The notes beneath the pieces were generated by a model. It made no database searches and was not told the DNA's origin. It worked only from the letters and a program-made list of their open reading frames with translations. This document shows positions 27,531 to 43,992 of a stretch of 64,000 nt of DNA, piece by piece; the stretch's first letter is position 1, and every line of letters starts with the position of its first letter. The stretch comes from the human T2T-CHM13v2.0 reference genome, Homo sapiens, in NCBI RefSeq assembly GCF_009914755.1, contig NC_060936.1. The stretch is one strand, 5' to 3'. A program made the position numbers and the translations under genes.

Positions 27531-29168
27531 CCCCTCCCTTCCTTCTTGCAGCTGCAGAGACGTTCTGATCTCCCCAGCAGAGTTAGGGGGGCTGCAGGCA
27601 GGGTGGGGACTGATGCTTAAGAAATTTACCAGTTTGGGCAGATCACAACCAGCCCCCTCCCTTCGCAATCTAGTCACTTGGGGAGGAGCCTCAGGGCAGG
27701 ATTTGAGAGGGTGGCAGGGGTGAGGGGGCATCTAATGGAATGAGCCCGGGAGTTGCTCTTTGGTATGAAATGAAGCTTCTAAGTCAGCGTTTCTTAGGGA
27801 TGGGTCCCGTGCCAGGGTTTTGGAAGACTATGACCCAATATCCCACGTGATATACCAGGTGGGTGTGCAACGTGCAGCTCTTCTGTCCATGCCTGGATGA
27901 CCCTATCATCTGCTACCTTCCAGCTGACCTCATCTTCCTCTCCATCCCTCCAATCTCTTTTCCACATGGCAGCCAGAGATAGCTCCTGTCCACAGAAGCC
28001 AAAGATTGGCAGAGGGGGAAACTGAGGCAGAGCGTTATTCTGTACCTTTGCACAGAGTCCTGAACAATTGGGCAAGTCAGGAAAAGGGGCACTATCTCCC
28101 TTTTCTAGTTCTCTTTTGTTCAAGCTCCTCTCCCGGAAACCTCCACCTCTCCCTCCCCCACCCCCCACCCTTCCCGCTCAGATGGGGGGCCCTGCAGAGC
28201 TAGGGGTGGGGCTTGAATGGTGGGGACTCTGCCTGGGGAGGAGGCAAGACCCTTGAATGCAGGAAGTTCACTCTCACTTTCCCCTCTGGCTGGTGACCAG
28301 GCTTTCTTCTCTCTGGGCCTCAGTTTCCCTATCTGCAAGTAGGGAGGTAGTTTAAATGCCTGTAAGGTGGAGAGGGAGGGAGTTACTGTGACTTAACCCT
28401 CCCTGCAAAGACAAAGCAGAGATACCTTTCATTTTCTGAAGTGTTAGGGGCCCAGGACCAGCGACAGGGAGAGTCCCAGCATCCCAGGGAGACTGCATGA
28501 GGCTTTCCCAAACCATGGACAAGAGAAACATTCCTCCTCCACTGCGGCCACCTGGATTTGCATCCCAAAGGCCAGCCCTCCCTGGATAGGGCTAGGCAGG
28601 GGTGAAGGGGTTAATAAACAGACTGGCCACCTCTCCCCAGAGGCCCCCACCTCCAGGTGGGGCTGCCCTGACTAACAGAATGAGTTTGGAGGGCTCCATC
28701 TGGTCTCCAGTGGGTCTTGCCTGCAGGACTTAGAGTGACTGACAGGTCACAGCAGGCCTGGCTCTGGCTGTGGGACGGTGACCAGGGGAAGGCAGCAGGG
28801 AGTTCTGAGCAGATCTAGGGCTGGCCAGGATATCACGTGGAAAGAGATTCTGGGTCCAAGCAGGGGACTCTGGAAGTGGACTTTTAGAACCAAATCTTAG
28901 ACCACACTTATCAAGGACTCTTGCTCATTCGTTGATTCAACAAACATGCATTTAGCACCTACTATGTGTCAGGTGCTGTGTGAGGCACTGGGAATACATC
29001 AGGGGACAAAAGAGACAAAAATCCTGACACTAGTGGCCTTCCCTGCGTGCTCCTCATGGTGTGGCTTCTTTCCATCATCATTATGTTTGTGAAATTTGAT
29101 CTCATTGCTGACTAATATTCCATTATATGACTAAAACACATTTGATTTATTTATTCTGTCATGGATGG

Positions 29169-29576
29169 CATTAAAAGAAAAACCTTAGACAAATGAAAGT
29201 TAACAGAGTTTAACTGCCCAAAGAACGATTTGTGAACCGGGCAGTCCCCCAACCAGAATAGGTTGACAGAGACTTTGGTGCTGCCTCATGGTTGAACAAG
29301 AATTACGGAATTAAGAAAAAGGAAAGCTACATACAGAAAATGGAAGTGAGGCACAGAAACAGCCAGATTGGTTATACAGCTTGGCATTTGCCTTATTTGA
29401 ACATGGTTTGAACAGTGGATGCCTTTAATGGGCCCAAACTTGGTGAATAGCACAAGACCAGGTTACAGCCTGTTTATACACCAAGTTAGGTTAGTTCACT
29501 ATGCACAAAGAGACCTTTAGGTGGAATTTAAAATATATAAGAAGGCAGGTTTAAGCTGCCTTCACCTAATTTAACA
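29169..29576 (-). mobile_element. MER57B-like ERV1 solo LTR nested in an L1M fragment
   Basis: Reverse complement begins TGTTAAATTAGG and contains GTTCAAATAAGGCAAATGCC; L1 sequence is continuous across it. Confidence 0.8.
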
Positions 29577-29736
29577 AGGGGTTTTGGGTGGTTTCCTATG
29601 TTGGGCTCTCTGTCCATCCTTGACTATCTTGTCTTTGTGCCCACATCTCCCCCTCTACCCATACCCCTGCTTTCCCTAAACCTCCCTGAGGACAGAGATT
29701 GGCTGATCAATGGTTATCCATTGACCAGAGCAAAAT

Positions 29737-30679
<943 letters not shown>

Positions 30680-30979
30680 GAATGGGGTTCCCTTTAGGCC
30701 GGGCTGTGCTTTCCATTTGCCACAGTCTCCTCCACTCCCTATCGCCCCACACTCTCCAAAGTCATTCCTTTGCTTTTTCTGCCTGGCACCTGAGGTTACA
30801 AGGGGTCTTTAACCCCTGGTGGGGCAGCCGGCGGTGTGGGAGGTTTCCAGGCTGAATAATTCCCCGTGCCCTCTGCATCCACCCACTGTGCCCGGCTCAG
30901 GGACCAGCGCACAGAGGGCAGGTTCCTGTGCAGTTCCCAGGCCCAATGTCTCCCAACGTGGAGCAGGAAGAGAAGGGGG

Positions 30980-31460
30980 ATCTAAACAACAGAAGAGGGG
31001 GGCATAATTACATAGGAAGAGGCAGCGATAAAACGATAATGGGCGCGTTTTGACCCGGGTTAACCAGTTCTGGAGCTGTGAAGTAACTCTAAAACGCGTG
31101 ATGGAGGCCAAGGGGCCGCCGCCCGGGCTGCAGCTGAAACGGCGCTTTCACAAACAAGACGTAAATTGGATGCAAACATCTAATTAACCTTCTCCCTCAG
31201 TTCCCTCCGCAGAGGGGGAGGTGGGCCTCCTAGGGCTCCCAGCGCCTGTCTTCCCTCGGGGGATGGATTTGGGGGAAGGGAGGAGGAGGGGAGGCAGGCG
31301 CGAGGGGAGGAAGCCAGGCGTTTTCTTTCTTTTTTCTTTTCTTTCTTTCTTTCTTTAACGGGCTCCCCTCCGGGTAGGGGCTGAGCTAAACCTCCAGCGC
31401 TGTTGGTTTTCTCAGGCTTGATCTGAGACCTGCATTCCTGTTTAATAAGCCCCAACACGC
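30980..31460. promoter_or_regulatory. CpG-retaining candidate enhancer
   Basis: Many CpGs in unique sequence; TAATTA 31005, CTAATTAA 31180. Confidence 0.5.
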
Positions 31461-32109
31461 TTTGCAAACTCACATTATTCTAGGGCCAGGTATGTGGCCC
31501 TAGAATCGGGGGAAATGGAGAGTTTAGGGGGTGTTGTTGTCTTTTTCCCCTTTGGTGGGGATGCGATACTGCAAAGCCTACTTCTTGTGAAAATTCTCCA
31601 GCCCTCTGAGTTCTCGGGACACCGAGCATCCCGGGCCATCGGACGCAGCAGGTGCAAGAGTGCATTCACAGCGGCCACAGCAGGAGCTGGGGCCAGTCGC
31701 CACCCCTGAGAGTTGTGTGACCTGGGGAGCCTTAATTAGCTTCTTGGCACTTCATTTATTCACTCAACAAATATTTATTGAGCACCTACTGTGTACTAGG
31801 CCCCGTTCTTGCCCATTTAGAAGCTAAAAATAGGTGATGAGAATACAGTAGTAAACAAAACCGATTTTCCCCCAAACCCAAACAAACAACGGCCTCTCCC
31901 TGCAAAAAGCAAAGCTCTGTCCTCCTGGGTCTTTGGGAGTGTGGGCAGTGGGCTCCCACATTTTATTCTGTCCCTGTGGGAGAAAGAGAATAAAGGAGAC
32001 GGTAGCATGGTGTCTGAGAGCTTGAATGTTGAAGTTTGAATCCCAGTTCTTCTACTTATAAGCTGCGTGACCTAGTGCAAGTTCTACATTCTCTATGCTC
32101 AGTTTCTCT

Positions 32110-32245
32110 TCTTTCCTCTCCCTCCCTCCCTCCCTCCCTCCCTTCCTTCCTTCCTTCCTTCCTTCCTTCCTCCCTTCCTCCCTCCCTCCCTCCCTCTCTC
32201 CCTCCCTCCTTCCCTCCATCCCTTCCTCCATCCCTTCCTCCCTTC
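32110..32245. repeat. (CCCT)n/(CCTT)n microsatellite
   Basis: Read directly. Confidence 0.9.
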
Positions 32246-32249
32246 CTTT

Positions 32250-32832
<583 letters not shown>

Positions 32833-32849
32833 AGGATTTTCTTCTTTTC

Positions 32850-34450
32850 TTTACTTTTTAAATATTTATATATGGAAAACTTGAAAAAAATAGTACAAAA
32901 CTCCCTTATGATCTTAAATGTTAACATTTGCATAGCTTTCTCTCTCTCTGTCTCTGTCTCTTTCTCTTTCTCTCTCTCTCTCTATATATACACATACACA
33001 CATAATTTTTTATTAAAACTTTGTAAGAGTAAGTTGCAGACATGGTGGCCATTTACCGCTAAGCACTTCAGTGTCTGTTCTCTAAAAATGAAGACATTCC
33101 TTTATATACTGTACAGTACAATGATCAAAACCAGGAGATTAACATTGATACCATACTATGATCTAATCTACAGACCTTATTCAGATCTTTCTATATGTCC
33201 CGATAATGTCCCTCATAGCAAACTGTCTTGCTGGATTGCACGTTGCCTTCAGTTGTCATGTCCTTTAATCTGGATCCAGTTCCTCAGGCTTCAGGTTTTA
33301 TGACATTGATGTTTTTGAAGCATCCAGGCCAATTGTTCTGTAAGATGTCCTTCAATCTGAGTGTGTCTGATATTTTCGTGTGATTTGATTCAGGTGGTGC
33401 ATTTTGTCACGAATCCCATACTGGTGACACTGTTCTTCTTGGTGCCTCGTATCAGGAGCCACATGGTGTCATCTGTCCCAGAGTGATGTGAACCTGAAGC
33501 ACTTGCTCAAGGTGGTGCCTGCTAGGTTTTCCTACTGTACATTTATGGTTTTTCCTTCTGTAATTTACAACCGCATTGTCGGGGAGGTGCTTTGAGATGA
33601 TGTAAATATCTGGTTACTCCTTGGATGTTGACTCACTTGTTTTAGCATAGTTTGATGATTCTTGCCTGAATCAATGATGATGATGATGTTTCCTAAATGC
33701 AGTTTTCTAACTCCAGTCTTTTTTCTACATTTATTAGTTGGCTTTCTAGTGTAAAGAAGAAAATTCCTTACTTTTAAATTTACATATGTCAGCATAGGCT
33801 CATGAACTCTTATTCAATAGATAATCCTCTTTTATTATGACTATTTATTTAGTCAACATTTCTTTTTTGAGACAGGGTCTTACTCTGTCTCTCAGGCTGG
33901 AGTACAGTAGCATGATCATAGCTCACTGCAACCTCAAACTCCTGGGCTCAAGCAATCCTCTTGCCTTAGCCTCCCAGGTAGCTGGAACTACAGGTGCAAA
34001 CTATCATGGCTGGCTAATTTTTAAATTAATTTGTAGAGATGGGGTCTTGCTGTGTTGCCCAGGTTGGTCTTAAGTTCCTGGCTTCAAGAGATGCTCCTGC
34101 CTTGGCCTCCCATAGTGCTGGGATTATTGACATGAGCCACCGTGCCTGGCAGATGTCGCCAGTTGGTTCCTCCACTTGTCCTAGATTTGGCTAATGGGAA
34201 TTGCTTCAGGTTGGCTCCTGTGCCTTTTTTGACGTGTCCTCACCACTCTTTGAGTACCTCTTTACAGTCTTGCACAGGCAGGTGTTTCAGGCTCTCCTTG
34301 TGCTGTTCCTGTCACAGCCCTGTAATCAGCCATTTCTCCAAGGAGCCCTGGTTCCTTTTAGCGGGGAATAGTATGTAGATGCCATGATTTGGGTTCCAGG
34401 TGTGCTCACTGTTACTGGGGTGTTACTGCATGTGGGCCCTTTCAGCACAC
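32850..34450 (-). mobile_element. L1MC-like 3' end, with an AluJ at ~33860-34150
   Basis: AGTAAGTTGCAGACATG...GTTGGCTCCTGTG...CATTTCTCCAAGGAGCCCTGGTTCCTTTTA. Confidence 0.75.
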
Positions 34451-34899
34451 TACCTGGGAGCCTCAGTTTCTTCATCTGTTAAATGGGAAACAGTCATCCC
34501 TACCTCCTAGACTGTATGCAGATTAAATGAGCCAGTACCTGAAATGTGCTTAGAGCCCTGTCTGACATGTGGACAATGCTATCCAAGTGTTTGTTAGGCA
34601 AATAAGAAATACATATAGTGTATTAGATAGTAGTAAGTACTCCAGAGAAAAATGAGCCACAGGGTGCTGCAATGTTATGTAGGATGGCCAAGGAAGGCTT
34701 TACTTGGAAGATGGCATTTGAGAAGAGATCTGGGGAGGTGAAGGAGTAAGCCATGCCCATATCTATGGGGAGCAGGCAGAAGAGACAGCTAGTGCAAAGA
34801 AGACCCTGAGGCAGGAATATACCCTGCCTGAAAGTAGATGCCAGCTCCCCAGACTCCAGGGAAACCATATTTTTTATTTTTAAAAATTACTTCTTCTTC

Positions 34900-35081
<182 letters not shown>

Positions 35082-35539
35082 TAATTGGAGGCACAATATT
35101 ACTTGGTAGGAGGGTGATGTGGGGGAGTCTGGAAACCAAAAACCAGGCTCAAGAACCTTCAAGAGCCACATCGCTATCACGGATCAAGGGCCCACCCATG
35201 GCTGGGACTGTCCTAAGCACTCCCCTTAGATTATCTCACTTAGTCCCCATGACACCCTTGAGAGGGAGTCACTCTCATTAGCCCCATCTTACAGACGACA
35301 CACTGGAGGCGTAGGCTGAGTGACTTCATTTGGCCAGAGTGCAGCTAGTAACTGGGGGACGGGGCAGAACTGGACTCCAAAGTCCAGTTCCGAAAGTGGC
35401 AAAGAGGCGCGTGCTTCTTTCACACCTCTCCCCTGTTAGGGCCACTTGTCCTGACCATCGGCTGTGCCGGCCTCAGTTTTCCCATTTGCCAAACAGCAGT
35501 GCCTCCTTCTTCCCTGGGTGGTGAGGGCTGGACTCAAGC

Positions 35540-36360
35540 CAGACTCAGAGGCGAGGTGTGCAGGGCCCGGGCTTGCTCCCTCCGAGCAGGGGCGGTGGGC
35601 TTCCCGCATGGCTTCCCTGCCGCCGCCCCTCCCCCACGGCCCTGCCGACGGCGCCCCCCTTCCCTCTTTTCACCCCATCTTCCCCAGGGGCAGCCAGCCA
35701 GCAAAAAGAGTCCCTCGGCAGCAATGATGAAGATGGATGTGTGATTGATTCGGCCCCCCTTCCCTCTGCCCTTCTGGTAGAAAATTAAAAGACCATTTGT
35801 TAAGGGGCGAAAGTCCTCAGGTGCATCCCGAGGCTGGACAATTTGTCTCTGTGAAAAGGACGCTATTATCAGAGAGGCTGGATGCAGGCGGAGGGCGGGC
35901 CCGAGGGGCGGCTTGGGAGGGGGAGGCTCGGAGGAGCGAAGGGGCTCAGGCAGGGGTGGGGGGGCGGAGGCCGAGACAATGGGGGGAAAAATAATAAATA
36001 CATCGGAGCGTGCCAGCCGCGGGGATCCTGGCTGGAGAGGCGCGAGGGGCAGGGGGGCTGCTTGGGGCTGGAGGAGCTCATGTGCTCGGGCCTCGGAAGC
36101 CAATTCCTTTTTCATGACCCTTGTCCAGGACCAGAAGGGTGTCGCCGGGGAGCTCTGCCGCCCTCCATTAAGGAGGGTTTGTAAATGACCCTCTTTAAGG
36201 AGCGAGTTTCTCTTTATAGACCTCGGTGCAGAGCGGGGAGAGAGGAGGGGGGCCCTGAGTGAGCCCCCTCCGCGCTCTTGGGGGTCATTAAGTGATTAGA
36301 AAGAAGGGGCCGGTTCTCCAGCCGCCATTCAGATGAGGAGATGCATTTGTCACCGGGCGC
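35540..36360. promoter_or_regulatory. CpG-island-like region (orphan CGI, enhancer or lncRNA promoter candidate)
   Basis: High GC, dense CpG, no repeats; TGATTGAT 35742, CCATTAAG, TCATTAAG. Confidence 0.6.
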
Positions 36361-37424
36361 TATTATTTATTTATTTATTTATTTATTTTTAAAAGGTTGC
36401 ATTAGGCCCCTCCTGCCATCTCCTGGCTCCCTTTGTGTGTTCCGAGTTCCTTCTGGGGCTGCCTCCTCTTGCATCCCACAGGCAAGGTGCCCTGTTCCTC
36501 TTGCACCCACTCTGATCCCACTCCCCATCTTCTCACCGCCTCTCTGTCCACCACCCCAACAACACACCTGCCCCATCCCCTCGTTCTGCTCTTTACTCAT
36601 GGCCTCTCACCCTCCTGGAGGCTCCTGGCACTTAATACCCAACCTCCGTCAGGATATTACGATGAGGACCTGCCCCACCAGCGTGGACCCCGACACCCTG
36701 TCTTGCCACAGGGTATTTGTCAAGGTCTTCGTCTTCTCCGCTAGAGGATAGTGGTGGCAGTTTGTGCCTTGCTCTTTTCCAGTGCCCAGCACAGTGCCTG
36801 GTGCAGAACAGGTGCCCAGTGATGGTGTGTTTCCAAGCACCCCTTGCAAGATTTCATTTGCTTCTTCTGGGAATCAAAACACATTATTCCCATTGGATGG
36901 ATGGAAAAACCGAGGCTCACAGAACGAGGCTGAGTTGCACGGATTGTTGGGGGCAGAGTTGGGATTTGAAGCTGGGTCTTGACCCTTCTGATGGAGAAAA
37001 AGACATTTGAAGGAATGAAGGTCCATCCAGCCCTGTGATTCTAGAAAGTTCTTTGCTTTGGGAAAGAGAAATCTGAAGCTAACCAGGGGCCAGAGGAACT
37101 AATGTCTCCATGTTCTCATCCAAGAGGATGAAACAAGGTGGCCTTTAAACCCAGCTACTCTGGAGGCCGAGGTGGGAGGATTGCTTGAGCCCAGGAGTTT
37201 GAGGCTGCAGTGACTCTGTGTCTAAAAATAAAAATAAAATAAATAAAAGATACTAACCTGAAAATGTCTCTTCCCTGCCATGGCACACTGCATGGGCAGC
37301 TGGTCCTCCTGACTTCACCTCCTCTAGCCGCCCCTACATTTTTTCATTCCTCCCTTTCATTTCCAGCCCCTTACTCAGGCCAGTTCCCTTGCCTGGAAGC
37401 TCTTCTCCCTCTCTTCGTCCAGCC

Positions 37425-37600
37425 CTGGGTTTCCCAGCTTTGCCTGCACATTAGAATCACCTGGGCATGTGTTTAAAGCTCAGCCCTTAAGCCCCACTGC
37501 AGACCAATTGAAGTTGATTCTTCGGGGGTAGGACCTGGGCGTGTGTATTTTTAAGAGCACCCCTGGTGATTCTGAAGCCCTGGGAGGGTTGAGAGGCTGT
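37425..37600. mobile_element. MER5-like MITE
   Basis: CTGCACATTAGAATCACCTGGG...GGTGATTCTGA. Confidence 0.65.
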
Positions 37601-38967
37601 GGCCCAGCCAATTGCTACTCCTGTTTCAGACCTGAGCCCAAGGGCCACTTCCTGACCCCCAGGCCGGGTCAGGTCACCCTGAATTGCCTCAAGGCCTGCT
37701 CAGCCTCCACCTCCTCATCTCTTTGTAATCACAAGCATATTTGATTTACACGTCTCCCCGACATTTGCCTGCAAAAGGGCAGGGACCTCTCTGTTCAGTT
37801 CATAGCTGCATCCTCATCGCCCAGAACGTCATGCGGGAGGTGCTCAGTGAGGTTTTGTTGAATGAAGGAGGAAACCTTGAGAGAAATGAGTGGCATTGAA
37901 CCAAAGCCTGAGAACAGAATCTAAAAGGGGCTTTTATGTGCGTCACCAATGTGCCCTTTTCTGCTCAGAGGCTGGGGTGTGGATGTTCTTAATGAGATGC
38001 TCAAATATGGCCTGGCCTTCAAAGTCTTTCCCAGGTGCCCCTCAGGACCTCGGCTCCCCTCCGCTCCCCTGCACCTCCCCTGCTTTTACATCCCTCGGCT
38101 TGTCCCTGTCATGGTTCACCCCTCCAAGCCTTTGCCCCAGCTACCCCTCATCCCCAGAGTGCAAGGTGGGGACCGCTCCCCAGGAAAGAAGCTTCCATGC
38201 CGTAGGTGTTCAATGGATTTCTACTGAACGAATAAAAGGATTTGGAACAGGAATCTTGGGGGCATGTGCAGTTTGAAAAAGCATGTTCAATGTTATGTCA
38301 TTGTATATTTGGACAGTGAAAGAGAACAATCTAAGCAGGGAAGTGGAAAAATGAACATCACTGGCCTGGGAATCTGACTGCCCAGGTTTCAATCCATGAC
38401 CTACCATCTATGTGCTGTGCTACTGTAGACAAGTTACTTAATCTCTCTGTGCTGCAGGTTTCTCATCATAAAACCGTGGTACTTGCTGTATAGTGTTACT
38501 ATTATTATATAATACTGTGGGTATTAGATAAACTATTTAAGCATAGTATATGTATGTTACATGTAATACATTGTAATTATCATATTGTCATGATTAAATG
38601 AATAAAGCTCTTGGAACAATGCCTACACATATGAGTGCTCAATAAATAGCATCTGTAATTTTTATTATTTGTAATATAAACTAAGGCTCAGGGACACTGT
38701 CTGAGTCTCCAGGGAGGACTCCTGACTTTTATGACTTAGTGACCCTCCAGCTTGGAGAGGGGTTTCTTGGAATGGGGGGGAGGGGAATCAGAGCCTGACT
38801 CCTCCCCGGGGAGAGTTGCAGATTTATCAAAAAGACTATGGGCGAAAAAAGGGCTTCATCACATCACAGCTCCTCTTTGAGGATCGGGCCTGGGCTCCAT
38901 CCCACCCAGGCTCCTCTGACCTGGCTGTTGCTGGGGATGAGCAGGTGAAACGGCCCGAAGGGATGGC

Positions 38968-39159
<192 letters not shown>

Positions 39160-39959
39160 TTAGTAGGAAGGCAGGAGCTTCATACAAAGCTAAATGTATC
39201 TAATACAAACCATTGTCCCTTATTCTGAGATTTTGTCCTTCCTACTGGTTTTGTTTAGCTTTTTTTTTTTGGTGTTAAAATGTCTATTCTATTTTTAAAT
39301 TATAATGATAAGAGCCAGTATTTTTTTTTTTTAACATTTTCAATCTTGGTGAGATGAAGCATTCACAAACTTAAAATGGTTCCTTATTTTGGGGGTGGGG
39401 GAAGAATTCACTAGTGCTGTAAAGTCCAAGTGAATCAATGATAGCATGATTCATTTATTCAGCTTGGTTCCTATCTCCATACAAGAGGTGGGGTAATCTT
39501 ATAAACACAGGAATCAGATCATGTTGCTCTCCTGCCTAAAGCTCTTCCATCTTTCTCAAACTAGAACTCAATGTGTGGCTCTAGTCTATGAGACCCTCTA
39601 CCATCTCTGGCCGCTGTTGTTCTCCAAACACACCAGATGCACTCCTACCTCAGGGCCTTTGCCCTTGCTGCTCCCCCTGCCTGGCATGTTCTTCCTCCAG
39701 AAAGCTGCAGGACTCCTTCCTTTACTTTGTCCAGGTCTCAGATTCAACATCACCTCAGAGAGGCTTTTGTCCACTCCTCTGCAGAAGACAGTCCCTGTGC
39801 CATCTTCCTGATTGTTTTTGATCCAGCATCCTATTTTTCCCCTCCTACCACTTAGTTATCTGGAATTATTGAATGCATTTGTTTACTTGCTTTCCATTTG
39901 TCTCCCACTAAAATGTCAGCTCCCCAAGGGTAGATACCTCATCTATTTCGTTTGCCATC

Positions 39960-40391
<432 letters not shown>

Positions 40392-40831
40392 TGAGACTAA
40401 GCCAGAGCCCCTCCTCGGTGCCAGCCCGTGGTAGGCACCGGGGTATGTATTACTGTCAATGAGATAGTCAGATATGGTGCACGGACAGGTGGCCAGTGAA
40501 GGCCCAGTCTACGAGTTCTGGGAGCAGGACATGGGACATAGTGGGCTGGTCTGAAGCTCCCTTGCCCTTGGATCCATTTCCTATCTTCCCCTGCCCAGGG
40601 CTATACCATGGGAGATGGAGGGGAGGGTGATGCCTGCAGCCCATGCTTCCAGGCTCCTGGGTTACCCGGGTTTGGCCAAGAGGAGGCGCTGTCAAAGGAT
40701 TGAGGGCAGAGGGTGAGAGAAGCCGGGAGATTTCTCCCCATCTCTCTCTACCATGGGTGGCTTCTCCAGTCACCATTGCATCTCCTCTGCAGCTCCCTCT
40801 CCTGCTGAAAAGCTGCCAGCTATGGCTCTAG

Positions 40832-41143
40832 TTTCTTCTTTCTTTTTTTTTTTTTTTTTTTGAGACAGAGTCTTGCTCTGTCTCCAAGGCTGGAGTGGTG
40901 TGGCGTGATCTTGGCTCACTGCAACCTCCTCCTCCAGGGGTGAAGTGATTCTCCTGTCTCAGCCTCCTGAGTAGCTGGGACTACAGGTGCATGCCACCAC
41001 ACCCAGCTAATTTTTGTATTTTTAGTAAAGACAGGGTTTCACCGTGTTGGCCAGGCTAGTCTCAAACTCCTGACCTCAAGTGATCCGCCCACTTTGGCCT
41101 CCCAAAGTGCTGGGATTACTGGCGTGAGCCACTACACCTGGCC
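40832..41143 (-). mobile_element. AluS
   Basis: Antisense dimer. Confidence 0.9.
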
Positions 41144-41519
41144 TTGGTTCTAGTGTTTTCTGAGGTTCTGGTGATACCATCCCTTTCCTCTGTTCCTTAG
41201 AGTCGGGTGGGTGGAAGCAGCTTCCCACTCTTGCCAGTCTCCAGGTGTCTCCTCTCTGTTCTCTGTTGAGCTTTCTGCCTCTTCAAAGTAACCAATTTTC
41301 TGCCTTCGTTTCCTCTGTGGGTAATACCTGAAGAGGCTTCTGATGTCCTCACTGGCCCCTGACTGATGCAGATGGAGCCGTGGGAGCCCAGCACACCTGG
41401 CGGAAACCTGGAGAGGCTCCCTGGAGGAACCTGTACCTGCTTCGAGACCTGCTGGACCTTTGTGGCAAAACTTCCTGTTTAGATCTTTCCTGAACTTAGC
41501 CCCGTCACATCACACAGCA

Positions 41520-41716
41520 GTCCCTCCCATCAAGGTGTCAATACTATTGATGATTCTTTGTTGTGTGGGGCTGTCTTATGCAGAGTGGGATGTTTGGCAG
41601 CATCCCTGGCCACTAGATAATGCCAACAGCACCCCCACCTCCTAGCTGTGACAATCCAAATATCTCAACATTGCTAAGTGTCCTCTGTGGGCCAAAGGGC
41701 CCCAGTTGAGAACCAC
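41520..41716 (-). mobile_element. MER20
   Basis: GCAGCATCCCTGGCC...CAGTTGAGAACCACT. Confidence 0.75.
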
Positions 41717-42660
41717 TTCCTGATATCTATGTAGAGCACAGAGTGGTTCTTGATCCTGGTGACACTCTAGAATTGGGTGGGCAGCTTTTAAAAATAGCAG
41801 TGGCAGAGCTTCGTTCTGGCTGGCTGATTCTGATGATATCAGAATCTCTGGGGTGGGGGGCACCCTGGGCATTGGGGTGTTTTATGCACACGCAGAGTTG
41901 AGAGGCACTGGGCCAACCCAGTGAGATGCCACCCCTACCTTGATTATTTCCTGATTCATAGGGAAGGAAACTGAGGCTCAGACAGCCCAAGTGTGGCAAA
42001 GTCTCACACCAAGTGATGAAGCCGCATAAAGACCCAGATATTGCCAAAATGCCTTTGTTAAACCAAATAACAAATGTAAAGAAAAAAAATCCACTTCTCC
42101 CACACAAACAAACACATGCATAAACTCACACCAATAAAAAAAACAGCAACTACTGCTTTGCAAGTTTTGCCAACCTTTGTTTCTACAGAGGACAGGGACC
42201 CCAAGGGCTACTTTCCCTCCCGGGGCTCTGCTTTCATTTTTCCAACCCATTTTATGCTCCAGAATAGCATCTGTGTCCTGCTTTCTCTCCTGGGACCCTC
42301 ACAGAGTGCCAATGGTCTAGAGGCGTTGCCAGCCTGCACATCTGTGATGCTAATGGCACTGGGATGGTCTTAGCTCCCCCACCTCCTTAGGTCCTCTTAT
42401 CGGCCAGGCACCTCCAGGCTAGAACTCCTTCTCAGCCCTCCCCACCGTGGGTTTAAGCCAGGACTTCTTCTTGGAGCAGGAAGTTTCCTAGCTTATGTCA
42501 AATGCCTGAGTTACCTTTTTTCTTTCTCTTTGCAGTGGGCATTTTTATATTCTCAGGGCACAGAAGTTCTGTCCCATTAACCTAAATCATTTAATAAGGT
42601 TATTTTTGCTTCTTTAAATGATTCCTCTTCTTTGGAAAGTCTTCCTGGATCATTTTAGAT

Positions 42661-42875
42661 CAAGAATTGGCAAACTATGGCCCCTGGACCAGACGTCTAT
42701 TCTTGTAAATAAAGTTTTAGCATTACGTAGCCACGGGCGTTTGCTTTCATGTTGTGTGTGGCCACTTTTTGAGGCTCAATGGCAGAGCTGAACAACTGCA
42801 GTAGAGACTTTACGGCCTGCAGAGGCTAAAATATTTGCTCTCTGTTCCTTCACAGAAAAACTTTACGAACCCCTG
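42661..42875 (+). mobile_element. MER58A
   Basis: TGGCAAACTATGGCCC...TTGTAAATAAAGTTTTA...AAAATATTT. Confidence 0.75.
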
Positions 42876-43004
42876 TTGTAAGACAGCAACTTGGGGCGCA
42901 GAGGAGGTTTTCATCTGGGAATTCTGGGTATTGGTCCCAGTTCCATCAACTCACTGGGAAACCTTGGGGCAAGTCATGCTTCTTCTCTGTTTGCTCATTT
43001 GTGA

Positions 43005-43371
<367 letters not shown>

Positions 43372-43992
43372 TGAAATATTTCTCTTCATCCCTACTGCCA
43401 TGACTCTGGTCCAAGCTACCATCTTCTCTCACCTGTACTAAGGCATCAGCCTCCTTATTAGACACCTGGCCTTCCCCTGCCCCAGTTCTTCCCTGCTGCA
43501 CTGCCAGAGGGATCTTTGTAAATTATCAATCAGAGCTCATCACTCCCAGCTCAAGCCCCTCACACCCCATTGTGTTCCTATGGCTTCCAAGGCCAGGTCC
43601 TGTCGACTCTCTGCTGCCTTCCTGATCTTACCCTCATGCCATCCCATTGCTCCCTGTGTGCCAGCCACACTGGTCCTCTGGCTACCCCTCAAACCCATCA
43701 GCCCCCTCCTACCTCAGGGCCTTTGCACATGCTGTTCCCTCTACTGAGAACGACTCACACTTGAACTTTGTCCAGGTCTCTGCTCCAATGTTGCCTACCC
43801 CGCTTAGATCCTCCTCAACCACCTTCCAAAATACTTAAGTTATTTAGTTACTTGTATATTGCCTGGCTCTTCTGACTAATTATAAACTCCATGAGGGTCA
43901 GGGATTGTGTCTGTCTAGAAAGATCACCACCAAATCCTCAAAATAGGGAACAGTGCCCAGGTATGCATGTGCTCAAGAAATACTTATAGGGA

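Noticed and set aside
35534-36188. Pro/Gly-rich ORFs on both strands
   Set aside because: Expected from stop-codon scarcity in GC-rich DNA.
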